From Eledone cirrhosa (Eukaryota): a stretch of DNA of 64,000 nucleotides. How positions within the stretch are numbered: position 1 is the first letter of the stretch; each line of letters opens with the position of its first letter. Shown piece after piece: positions 15,146-29,408 of this stretch. The notes under the pieces were generated by a model. The model was given only the letters and a program-made list of their open reading frames with translations, searched no databases and was not told the origin of the DNA. A program made the translations under genes and the position numbers. The stretch spans positions 48,670,001-48,734,000 of the forward strand of contig OZ024742.1 of assembly GCA_964016885.1 (NCBI GenBank). Reading direction: 5' to 3'.

Positions 15146-15647
15146 TAATAAAAACAAAGAAAAAGTTCCTTATATTAAAAAATGTATCATTTTACGATCG
15201 TTTCTAGGATATATATATGTGTGTGTTGGTATGTATATCATATAGATCTATGTAAAAAATGTACAAACTATCAGAGGGAATATACATACCTACACATATA
15301 TATGCTGTCTTCAGAAATAATATTATTTCTGTAGACAGCACATATATATTTCTGAAGACAGCATATATATATGATAGTTTGTACATTTTTTACATAGATC
15401 TATATGATATACATACCAACACACACATATATATCCTAGAAACGATCGTAAAATGATTAATTTTTTAATATAAGGAACTTTTTCTTTGTTTTTATTCATT
15501 GTTTTTATTAATTTATCTTGACTCTGTTTTCCTGTGATTTTCATCGAAAAAATCTTTGAATACATCTTTTCTTTTCATGATATTTGGATTACATTGAGTT
15601 CTTCATACGGATTGGACACTACCGTATATTTTGGTAGATTTATCTAC
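15142..15647 (+). mobile_element. PLE family-A terminal fragment, fold-back
   Basis: 15142-15320 is inverted at 15322-15515; ends ggtagatttatctac then (AT)n. Confidence 0.8.
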
Positions 15648-15675
15648 ATATATATTTATATATATATATATATAT

Positions 15676-16340
15676 CGACTTCAAAGTTGCCATCACTTGA
15701 TCGCCCTCCAACACATGGCTGGCACGAAAGATGACTTATTTTTATTACGGACGGCTCATACAACAAATGTTAAAGATGTTTAGATCAAATGATGCCTTTA
15801 TTTGAAGCTTTTTTAAGTGATGAAATGCCTTGCACTTGACTAATCTCACTCACCGAATATCAGTGATAAACATCCGAAAATAATAGTTCAACGCCATTGG
15901 CTGCTACTAAGACGCAGGTTTTACATCAGCGCTCCTTTTCCTAGAAATGTCTATGAAAAAGTACCGGTGGAATGTTCCAGTCAAATCCGCGATAAAATGC
16001 AAACACAACAGGCCAGATATAGTGATTTGAGACAAAGAAAGGAAGGCATGCACTCACGTGGAAATCCGATGCACAGCAGATATCAATATAATGCTAAACG
16101 ATTAGTGATTAGAAAATGTATGATGATCAAATGAGGAATTTGCAGATACTCTACCCTGAATATACCTTTAGATTTGTACCTGTGATTATTGGGGCTCTGA
16201 CCTATCTAACTAATCGCCTCAGCACAAATCTTGAGAAACTGGTCTTCACAGAACAAGAAAAGGCCAATTAAGAAGCTGCAAGTACAGTGCATTAAAGGAA
16301 CTGTAAAAATATGCAAAGCATTTAAGAAATTCAGCACTGC
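15676..16340 (+). mobile_element. Degenerate RLE-type LINE 3' fragment
   Basis: Translates to KCKHNRPDIVI*DKERKAC (~15995) and FVPVIIGAL (~16173), matching the RLE domain of the 41612 ORF. Confidence 0.7.
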
Positions 16341-17054
16341 ATATGACATGTATAGATTCAGAAACATCATATGCACATGTACACTTATGATTTAAAACAT
16401 ACAGATTCACGTATTTCCTAATTGATGTTGACTAAATTCCAATGAGTGTGTATATGAAAAAATCGGCTCTCCCTCTATTGGTGAAAGTATATAAAACAAA
16501 AGCATACGAACATACATACGCGTACACTATCACACACGCACACATACGCACACGCACACGCACACACGCGCACACGCGCACAAACACAGACACGTACACA
16601 CACACACACGCTCACACACACACACTCACAAACGTTTAATATATATATTTGTATGTGTGTTTGTGTATGTGTGTATGCGTGTGTGAGTGAGTGTGTATGT
16701 GTGTATGCGTGTGTGAGTGAGTGTGCATATGTGCTATATTTATTTCATGAAAAGGAGACAAAATAGTTTTGCCCTTCTTCAATCTGGTATTTACAATTAC
16801 ATTTACTTAACTCAGTTTTCTAAATGCTGAACAATTAATGATAACAATACTCCTTTTGTTACTAAAGCAGAGATTAAAACTCGACTTATAACTACAGCTT
16901 TACCCACTGCAAATAATCCGATCAAATTCCACTCCTAGTTAGGGATAGTTATTTGGTTACTTACAACATATTTTGTTTAATACAAACTAACGTCTAATAA
17001 ATTTTGACGAAAAATAATCTAGAGTATTTTTAAATGTTAATAATCACAATGAGT

Positions 17055-17200
17055 GTTTCTTCTTTAGGCACAAGGTCAGCAATTTGAAAGGAAGTGGAAG
17101 TCGATTAAATCAAATATAATGCATTACTGCTGCTTTATTTTATCGACCCCGTAAGGATGAAAGGAAAAGCTAATCTCGGCGGGATTTGAACCCAGAATCT
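17055..17200 (-). mobile_element. tRNA-derived SINE, partial
   Basis: ttttatcgaccccgtaaggatgaaagg..ctcggcgggatttgaac, shared with other copies. Confidence 0.75.
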
Positions 17201-17204
17201 TATT

Positions 17205-18952
<1,748 letters not shown>

Positions 18953-18953
18953 A

Positions 18954-19046
<93 letters not shown>

Positions 19047-19308
19047 AGTATGCATGTATACGTACATATATATATGTATACAGACGTACAGTAGCATGCA
19101 CATATATATATATATATACATATATATATACATATGCATACAGGTACACATACATATATGCACGTATCAGTTTAGCGGCGCTTATTATAACGTCGCTTTG
19201 TTCGTTTGTAAACAAACTGAACAGCCTGAATTTATGCCATACGGTGTTAAGGCAACCACGTCACCTTTTTTTTTTTTTTTTTTTTTTTGTTCAACACTGA
19301 CACAGGAA

Positions 19309-19349
19309 CGATGTACTAGTTTCAAGCTTGTTAGCTATCATCAGCACCG
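19309..19349 (-). ncRNA. Minimal type I hammerhead ribozyme
   Basis: Minus strand: CGGTG CTGATGA t AGCT aaca AGCT t GAAA CTAG TA CATCG. Confidence 0.82.
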
Positions 19350-19786
19350 TTTACCCATCTGCCAGATAGTTGAACGTTCGAAAGTATATACTTTCCTTAT
19401 GAAAATTAACGGCTGAGCAGCCTAATTTGCATATTGAGTGAGTTAAATCGGTCAGGCATACCGAAAACGATAAATTGAAACAAAATGAAAACGAAATTTC
19501 ATTTCTCACTCTTAGTATGGCACTTACTTAAATGTAAGTATGCATGTATACGTACATACATATATGTATACAGACGTACAGTAGCATGCACATATATATA
19601 TATATATATATATACATATATATATACATATGCATACAGGTACACATACATATATGCACGTATCAGTTTAGCGGCGCTTATTATAACGTCGCTTTGTTCG
19701 TTTGTAAACAAACTGAACAGCCTGAATTTATGCCATACGGTGTTAAAGCAACCACGTCACCTTTTTGTTCAACACTGACACAGGAA

Positions 19787-19827
19787 CGATGTACTAGTTT
19801 CAAGCTTGTTAGCTATCATCAGCACCG
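19787..19827 (-). ncRNA. Minimal type I hammerhead ribozyme (identical second copy)
   Basis: Same sequence as 19309-19349. Confidence 0.82.
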
Positions 19828-19887
19828 TTTAAGTAAGTGCCATACTAAGAGTGAGAAATGAAATTTCGTTTTCATTTTGTTTCAATT

Positions 19888-19980
<93 letters not shown>

Positions 19981-19985
<5 letters not shown>

Positions 19986-20986
19986 AGAATTAGTATATCT
20001 ACCAACATATGTATACGGAGGCATACCTATGTTAGCAAATATATATGTTTTGTCTTAGTAACTTTGTAGTTCTATGCAAGGGGATGCAGAACAATTATAT
20101 GAAAACGTAAATAAGAAAGTTATGAAAATTGACTTACTTACTAAATTTTCACTCCAACTTATTACTTTCTGTAAGGGGATAAATATGGTTACGGAGGATT
20201 ATCACAGAGAAGCCTTACGTCATCAGGGAGTCTATTCTCAGCTAAGCTTCCAGGCAATGCGAGGACACTGTGAACTTATATAAAAACCATTCAGTGGATG
20301 GAAAAATGCGAACGGGGACTAATTCCACGACACTGAAAAATTCACTGCCTACTTGGCCAAGTGGCAAATTCAAAAGAATCAATCACGTAATTGATATTTA
20401 TCCCCTTACAGAAACTAATTAGTTGGAGTGAAATATTAGTAAGTAAGTCAATTTTCATAACTTTCTTACTTACGTCTTTCATATAATTGTTCTGCATCCC
20501 CTTGCATAGAAGCACAAAGTTACTAAGACGAAACATATATATTTGCTAACATAGGTATGCATCTGTATACATATGTTGGTAGATATACTAATTCTTTATA
20601 ATTATCTCCAAATTATTTGTTGAGCAAAACTTGCCGAAATTACTACTATGATTAATAGTAGTGGCTAGGCCCTGTCTTAATAGCACCCCCACTCCTCACT
20701 GATTAACCTCAGTGTCACGTGATTGATTCTTTTGAATATGCCACTTGACCAAGTAGGCAGTGAATTTTTCAATGTCTTGGAATCTAGTCCCCGCTCGCTT
20801 TTTTCCATCCACTGAATTATTTTTATATAAGTTCCCAGTGTCCTCGCATTGCCTGGAAGCTTAGCTGAGAATAGACTCCCTGGTGACGTAAGGCTTCTCT
20901 GTGGATATGCTCCGTAACCATATTTATCCCCTTACATAAACTAATTAGTTGAGTAAGTCAATTTTCATAACTTTCATATTTACGTC

Positions 20987-20990
<4 letters not shown>
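19981..20990. mobile_element. Family-B non-coding repeat rearranged as nested inverted copies
   Basis: 19981-20185 is inverted at 20395-20600 and 20175-20390 at 20715-20935; same family as 29401 and 58100. Confidence 0.75.
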
Positions 20991-21024
<34 letters not shown>

Positions 21025-21281
21025 TGGCGGACAGAGTCTAAATATATTGGTTGCCAGGACACTAAAGGGTCCCACCTACATATAGTTTGGAATCATTTAA
21101 TTATTATAATGAATAAATAACATTTTCAAAAAATACATAAGTGGAAACAAAACAGTGTAATCAAATTTTCGCGGAAAAATATCTTACCTTCTCAAATAAA
21201 AAAATATTATGTATTTTGTGAAGTTCGTAGATTTTCAATAATAACCTTTAGTCCTTCAAACTCACGCTCTCTCTCTCCCCC

Positions 21282-21366
<85 letters not shown>

Positions 21367-21368
<2 letters not shown>

Positions 21369-24300
21369 GATAAATCCACCAAAATATACGGTAGTGTCCA
21401 ATCCGTATGAAGAAATCAATGTAATCCAAATATCATGAAAAGAGAAGATTCATACAAAAATGTTCGATGAAAATCATAGGAAAACAGAGTCAAGATAAAT
21501 TAATAAAAACAATGAATAAAAACAAAGAACAAGTTCCCTATATTAAAAAATCATCATTTTACGATCGTTTCTAGGATTTATATGTGTTGGTATGTATATC
21601 ATATAGATCTATGTAAAAATTTTACAAACTATCAGAGGAAATATACATACCTTCACATATATATGCTGTCTTCAGAAATAATGATATTTGTTTATTAAAA
21701 AAAACAACAAGGATTTAATATAATAGGTCTGTTTGGCAACAGGTTTCGAATTGACCAATAGAAAAGTAGTAAGAGGTCAAGTTGATATAATAGTAGTAGT
21801 AGAAATTTAATTTAGGGGTAGAGGAATGCAGACTTAAGTTTTGAAAGGAAAGATTACTTTGAATGAAAAGAATATTTTGGGAATGAAAAGAGGTCAAGCC
21901 GGTGGAAGGTACACGAAATTTGATGCTATTAAAGAATAATGTTAATGTTAAAACCGAAGGAGAATAACATTTTAGGGTAAAGATGTTAGTGCGAAATACC
22001 AATCTTATTTAAAATACAAGGAATTTAGATCTTAACATGAAATTAAATTAATTGATTGGTATTCTTATAGGGATACATTTATATTAATTCATATGGATGT
22101 GATAAATAAGAATTAGATGTTATTAAAGAATGTTGTTAAAAACGAAGGAAAATAAAATTTTGGGATACAAGTAGTAGTGAGAAATATCAATCTTATATAG
22201 ACTACAAAGAATCTAGATTCATAACAGGAAATTAAATTAATGTATATGTATACTTTTAGGTATTAATTTTAGGAAAAGAGTGCTATAAGAGGGAAATAAG
22301 GTTATGAAGTTCTCTGCAGTAAAGTACTAATTATAGGGCAACTAAATAAAAAAAATTAATTATAATAATTTGTAAAATATAAGTGTAATGTGTATATTAA
22401 TTAGGTTTATAATATTTGAAAGTTCTTCTAATTATATGATTGCAAGATATAATTAATTTTTGTCGCTTATTTAATAGAATATCCTTAGATTTCATTATTT
22501 CAAAATGTTCCTGGGAGCATAATCTACACACATAACTTTTTTTTTTATAAGGGGTGGCCCTTTTGCGCACACTACAGGTCAGGTTGTAATAGATATTCTT
22601 TTTTCTATAATTATTAATTGTTTTAGCTAATGCGGCATTTTTAAAACTATGTTTGTCGGTATTAAATCTTACTTTAAATTGGTTAGATGTAGCTCCTATG
22701 TATGAATAAGTTGAGTCCTTAGTGCTAATTTTACATTTATATACTAAGACAGTTTCCCTTTAATGGGCAATTTCTTTTGTTTCTATAGTTACAACCATTC
22801 GTGTATATTATACCAAGGGAGTTAGTCAAATTTGTTGTGGAATTTACTCGACCTGTTATATTTGGTGTGGAATTTACTCGACCTGTTATATGTGAAGGAG
22901 ATTGTGGTTTGTTGCGGTTTATTTTAGTATTATGGTTGGTTTGATGTGTTGGTCGTACATTTTAACTTGAAAGATCACAAATCTAACTTTAACTCTATTC
23001 CCTCTATATGACTTATATGCCCTTCCAAATCTGACATTGGCATCATTAGTAAAAATATTTTAGACAGAATCATCCCACTATTAAGAAAACACGTTAACTT
23101 ACCACTCTGGAAAAACACATCCCAACTAATTATCTGGTTTACTAATATTAGAAATAAATCATCTGCTTCATTTCTTCAATTTGATATAGATGCTTATTAT
23201 CCCTCTATATCACCCATACTCCTGAACAAAGCCTTGATATTTGCCAAAAAATAGATCAAACTTCACTATCGATGACATTAATATATTCACACACGCTAGA
23301 CAAACACTACTGGAATTTCAGAAGGATTACTGTACCAGAAATACATATAGTAATCTATTCAATATTACTATGGTCTCTAGTGATTCTGCCCAAATTACCG
23401 ATCTTGTGGGCTTATTTCTTCTATTTAACATAAATTCTTCTTTTCTCCACCTTAAAGGTGGTTTATATCGTGATGACTGTCTTCTACTTTCCACTAACCT
23501 TAGTCTATCAGAAATTGAAAAAAATGAAAAACTTATTTGAACTTTCCTCAAAGACTATTATAGTCTCATTTGAAAACACCAGTAAAATAGTTAATTTCCT
23601 AGATATAACTTTAGACTTATGTACGGATACCTACCAACCTTACCATAAACCTAACCAAAACTTACATTACATACACTCACAATCCAATCACCGTAGATCT
23701 ATCCTTAAAATCCTAGCATATAACTTCTCACTCAGAATTTCTAACCTTTCATCTAACCAGGATGTATTCGATAACAATGCTCCCTTTTATAACGAAGCTT
23801 TAGCTAGGAGCGGCCACAAAACAAATTAGTTTATATACCTTACACTAATAATACTTCAAACATACAACCCAATATTACCAACAAACACCAAATGAAAAAC
23901 CCACACCTAAATGCCACTCGCACTACACACAAAAATACCAACCTAAAACATAATTGCTCTACTTCTTCTCAGATAAAATATAATAACTTTCAAAAAACCA
24001 TTCATCCTAATACTCCAATACGCGTTAATAACATTAATAACAAAATTCCTAATAATCAGACTAAAACACCTAAATCAGTTAATCTAACTAAACCTATATA
24101 TAATAAATTCACTAATATTAAATCTCTTAGTAAATATCCTGATACATCGTATACATATAAAAAACAACATCGAAACCGTAATAGACGAGTATAATCTCCA
24201 TTTAATCTACAAATTAAAGATAATATCCCTAACAAATTGTTTACTATCCTAGAGAAAAATTTACCGCCCAACCATAAATACCATCAACTTTTAAATAGAT

Positions 24301-25800
24301 CAACTGTTAAATGTTCCTACTCCACTACCAAATATATACAACAAAATATAAGTGCGTACAATGCATATAAATGTAAAAAACCCACGAATGTACCACCAAC
24401 ACATCAAACCAACCATAATACTAAAATAAACCGCAACAAACCAGCATCATATATAACAGGTCGAGTAAATTCCACACTAGATTTGACTATCTCCCCTGAT
24501 ATAATATTCACGAATGGTTGTAACTGTAGAAACAAAAGAAATTGCCCATTAAAGGGAAACTGTCTTATTAATAACATAGTATATAAATGTAAAATTAGCA
24601 CTAAGGACTCAACTTATTCATATATAGGAGCTACATCCAACCAATTTAAAGTAAGATTTAATACCCACAAACATAGTTTTAAAAATGCCGCATTAGCTAA
24701 ACGATTAATAATTATAGAAAAAAGAATATCTATTACAACCTGACCTGTCGTGTGCGAAAAAGGGCCACCCCTTATCAAAATAACAGATATGAGTTTAGAT
24801 TATTCTCCCAGGAACATTTTGAAATAATGAAATCTAAGGATATCCTATTAAATAAGCGACAATAATTAATTATATCTTGCAATCATAGAATTAGAAGGAC
24901 TTTCAAATATTATAAACCTAAGTAATATACACATTACACTTATATTTTACATATTATTATAATTATTTTTTTAAAATTTAGTTAACCTATAATTAGTACT
25001 TTACTACAGATAACTTCATAATTTTATTTCGCTCTTACAGCACTCTTTTCCTCAAATTAATACCTAAAACTATACATATAAATTAATTTAATTTCCTGTT
25101 ATGAATCTAGATTCCTTGTAGTCGATATAAGATTGGTATTTCTCACTACTACTTGTATCCCAACATTTTATTTTCCTTCGTTTTTAACAACATTCTTTAA
25201 TAACATCTAATTCTTATTTATCCATAATAAATGTATCCCTATAAGTATACCTATCAATTAATTTAATTTCATGTTATAGATCTAAATTCCTTGTGTTTTA
25301 AATAAGATTGGTATTTCTCACTAACATCTTTACCCTAAAATGTTATTCTCCTTCGGTTTTAACATTAACATTATTCTTTAATAGCATTAAATTTTCGTGT
25401 ACCTTCCACCGGCTTGACCTCTTTTCATCCCCAAAGTAATCTTTCCATTCAAAACTTAGGTCTGCATTGCTCTACCCCTAAATTAAATTTCTATTATTAC
25501 TATTCTATCAACTTGACCTCTTACTACTTTTCTATTGGTCAATTCAAAACCTGTTCCCAAACAGACTTATTATATTAAATCTATGTTGGGTTTTTTCAAT
25601 AAACAAATATCATTATTTCTGAAGTCAGCATATATATGTGTATAGTTGTACATTTCCTCTGATAGTTTGTAAATTTTTTACATAGATCTATCTGTTATAC
25701 ATACCAACACACATATATATCCTAGAAATGACCGTAACATGATGAATTATTTAATATAAGGAAATTGTTCTTTGTTTTTATTCATTGTTTTTATTAATTT
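21367..25800. mobile_element. Penelope-like element (family A) with a ~1.4-kb inverted duplicate of its 3' end
   Basis: 21497-22961 is the reverse complement of 24386-25800; plus-strand RT/EN lies between and within the right arm. Confidence 0.88.
22962..24800 (+). pseudogene. PLE RT + GIY-YIG, frameshifted
   Basis: QFDIDAYYPSI, ITMVSSDSAQITDLVG, LYRDD, NFLDITLDL, PYHKPN..YIHSQSNH, CNCRNKRNCPLKGNCL..VYKC..YIGAT..FKVRFNTH. Confidence 0.88.
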
Positions 25801-25807
25801 TTATATA

Positions 25808-25840
<33 letters not shown>

Positions 25841-25845
<5 letters not shown>

Positions 25846-27060
25846 TGAGATAAGCGAAGCAAGCAACATTCAAACATATTTTAAAATAAATAAATTAAAA
25901 TAGTTTAAATATTTACCTATTCCTTTTGCTTTTACCGACGCTTTCACTTCACAAAAGTTTGGAAATTGTAGGGACTTCCAATGGAAATGATCAGATTTCA
26001 GAAAGCATTTTCCCTTCCTAGGAAAAAAGTCCCAGGAACGGAAAAATATATTGCCACCTACCAGCTTGCACAGGATCGAATGAGGCCGTACACTTGACCT
26101 GTGCATGAACCAGCCCTTAGTAGAAGCGGAATTAAACATAGACGTGTTGTCTATCACGCCACTAAAAATAGCACCTAAATAAAACAACGGATTTTTTCTC
26201 TACATAACGGAGAATATATATATAAAAGGAAATCAATATCCCCACAGGTACTAAATACCCCTGGAAATAGATAGGATGTCTATGATACAGTGTTTCTTTT
26301 ATGGTATTAATTTGACATACCAGAACTATAAAATTGAGATAAGCGGAGCAAGCAAGATTCAAAAAAATCTTTTAAATAAATTAAAAAATATGATTTAAAT
26401 ATTCACATATTCCTTTTATTTTACCGACGGTTTCACTTTACAAAAGATTGGATATCTTAGGGACTTCCAATAGAAATGTTCAGATCTTCAGAAAGCATTT
26501 TCCCTACCTAGGACAAAAGTCCCAGGAACGGAAAAATATATTGCCACCTGCCAGCTTGCACAGGATCGAATGAGGTCGTACACTTGACCTGTGCATGAAA
26601 CAGCCCTTAGTAGAAGCGGAAGTAAACACAGACGTGTTGTCTATCACACCACTAAAAATAGCAGCTAAATAAAACAACGGATTTGTTCTTTACATAACGG
26701 AGAATATTTAAAAGGTGATCAATATCCCTACAGGTACTAAGTACCCCTGGAAATATATAGGGTGTCTATGATATAGTGGTTGTTCTATGGTATTAATTTG
26801 ATATACCAGAACTATGAAATTGAGATAGGCGGAGCAAGCAAGATTCAAACAATTCTTTTAAATAAATAAAAAAATATAATTTAAATATTCACCTATTCCT
26901 TTTGGTTTTAGCGACGGTTTCACTTCACAAAAGATTGAAATCCTAGGGATTTCCAATGGAAATGTTCAGATCTTCAGAAAGCATTTCCCTACCTAGGACG
27001 AAAGTCCCAGGAACAACAAAATATATTGCCACCTGCCACCTTGCAAAGTATCGAATGAGG
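25841..27060 (-). repeat. About 2.5 tandem copies of a ~487-bp unit, each with a decayed hammerhead
   Basis: Units start aaattgagata.gcg.agcaagca at ~25842, 26331 and 26817; minus-strand CTGAAGA...hairpin...GAAACCGTC at 26425-26495 and 26912-26980, more decayed at 25935-26003. Confidence 0.8.
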
Positions 27061-27336
27061 CTAGGATTACCAATCTTTTGTGAAGTGAAACATCCACAGC
27101 AGTCAACGAGTTTGTTGGTTTGAGCCTCCCACATCACCCTCATCCTCCCCTGCCAATTCAGCCTAAGATGAGTAAGGACTTAAACACATACTGTCCCTTA
27201 GCCTCGGGAGGGACAAATGAAGAGGCACATCATCTGATGGTTACGCGGCATGTGTAAGATACAGGAAATAACAAAAAACATTATTTATTTTCTGAAGGGA
27301 TGACTTTTTCGACGTGGTGGAACGCATCCCTATCTA

Positions 27337-27447
27337 TTTCATGTTATAATAGGTTCTTTATACGGTAAGGGTCTCAGGAACGCATATATACCGTATATCG
27401 AGGACTCACTGTATATATATATACATACACAGACATATAAATATATT

Positions 27448-27488
<41 letters not shown>

Positions 27489-27588
27489 CTGTGTATGTAT
27501 ATATATATATATACAATGAGTCCTCGATATACGGTATATATGCGTTCCTGGGACCATTACCGTATAAAGAACCTATTATAACATGAAC
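27337..27588. repeat. Inverted repeat with ~80-bp arms around a microsatellite
   Basis: ttcatgttataataggttctttatacggtaa..gaggactca versus tgagtcctc..ttaccgtataaagaacctattataacatgaa. Confidence 0.85.
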
Positions 27589-27964
27589 TATATACAATGT
27601 TAATTAGGTCCATAGGCATTTTTGTAAAAGTTGAAAACATGTTATGTATACATATATATAAATCTATATATACACATGTACATTCACACATATACACGCA
27701 CTCCCATATATATTGTGTGTGAGTGTGTGTGAAAGATCAATGGTCATTATTGAAAGTCTAAGGATTTTGAAAATACATAATATTTTTTATTGGAGAAGGT
27801 AAGATATTTTCTCGCAAAAATTTGAATGCAGTTTTGTTTCCACTTATGTAATTTTTGAAAATGTTATTTATTCATTATAAAAATTAAATGGTACTTTACC
27901 CTCCCCCAAAATGTCTTGCCGTGTGACTATAGTAGAAATCCTTATTATTATTTTTTTAAAGTAG

Positions 27965-28385
27965 AACGGTGGATTGGCAGTATCAGTAGAGAGTCGGACG
28001 CCATGCTGTCCAGCATAGTTACGTCCCTTTACGGTCTGAGTTCAAATCCCGCCGAGGTTAACTTTGCCTTTCATCTTTACGGGGTCGATAAAATAAAGTA
28101 CCAGTAATGTACTGAGTAATTTGCTGGCCTTGCGCCAAAAGTAGAAACAATTATTTTTTTTTTAAGTAGGCGATGTATTTGCAGTATGAGGAAAGCGTCG
28201 GACACCATGTTAACCGCATATAATTAGGTTCCTTTACGTTCTGAGTTCAAATCCCGCCGAGGTTAAGATTGCCTTTAATCCTTACGGGGTCGATAAAATA
28301 AAGCAACTGTAATGCACTGTGGGCGATTTAATTGACTTTACTTCTCCCCCAAAATGTCTGGCCTTGTGCCTAAAGTAGAAACCAT
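27965..28385 (+). mobile_element. Two tandem tRNA-derived SINE copies
   Basis: A-box-like tggcagtatcag, B-box gagttcaaatcc, body gcctttcatc.ttacggggtcgataaaataaag, end gccttgtgcc.aaagtagaaac plus (att)n. Confidence 0.85.
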
Positions 28386-29358
28386 TATTATTATTATTAT
28401 TATTATCATTTGTATTTTTATATTGTTTTCTTGTGGATTATTGCTTGGTGCTGTTTCATTTTGTGCGTATTTTCTTTACGTATTTCAAATATTGTTTTAT
28501 TTATGATTTATCTCGGTTAATATGTCAGTCAATTTGGTTTACTTCCCGTTATTTGCTGTATCCCACTCTTTCCCTCTTACTTTCTCTGCATGATCACCTC
28601 CTTGCATGTAACAGCGTAGCGTGTCTCTCTCTCTCCTTCTCTTTTATGTTCTATGTTCACCACTCCTCCATGCAATGAATAGCTGCGTTTCTCTCATGTA
28701 TTCTCGCGCTCTCTCTCTCTCTCCCATCCTAGACCACCTCTCACTCTTCATATCCTTTTCTTCCCGCTATGTGAAAAACCAAACTAATGCCATTAATACC
28801 ACTTTATACTCCGTCTTTTTATTCACTAATGCAATTTGCTAAAGGACTCGCTAAACGTAGTCTAAATATCACAGACAATAGCCTAATAAGTACATTGATT
28901 ACGACATAACAATGGCAATTCTTAGAAATAATTCTATGTTCTAGATTCCCTTGCTTCCGACGTGGCTCTTGACTTTTTTTTTATCCATTTGCTCTCATCA
29001 GTTTACCAATCTTACATAAATGAATTAACACATTTTTTATTGAGGAATCGGTTGCTGGAGTTACAGACAAATAGCAAGCCTATTGTTGGTCTGGTAATCT
29101 GGTCATCGGTAACAAATTGTATCAGTAAAGAAGGTACTTCAATCACATTGAAGTAGCGATTAGGCCAAGTCGTTAGATTGATTGATTTGCTGCATACGTT
29201 CAGATTTCAAATTCTACCGTAGTTGGCTTTTAACGTTTCGAGGTCGATAAAAATCATGTACCAGCCCAGTACTAAGATCAATTCCACCTCTACATATTTT
29301 TCTCACTACACTCGCTATCTGCCCTCTCTCTCTCACTATCTCTCTCCCCTCTGTCTCT

Positions 29359-29400
<42 letters not shown>

Positions 29401-29408
<8 letters not shown>

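Larger units (their letters stand above)
19044..19890 (-). mobile_element. Tandem hammerhead element (period 478 bp) with a terminal inverted segment
   Basis: 19044-19352 matches 19534-19830; 19470-19532 is inverted at 19828-19890. Confidence 0.8.

Noticed and set aside
21735-21790. GAAACCTGTT with an upstream hairpin in the family-A UTR (also GAAACCTGTC at 62352)
   Set aside because: No CTGANGA-like strand at the proper position, so not callable as a hammerhead
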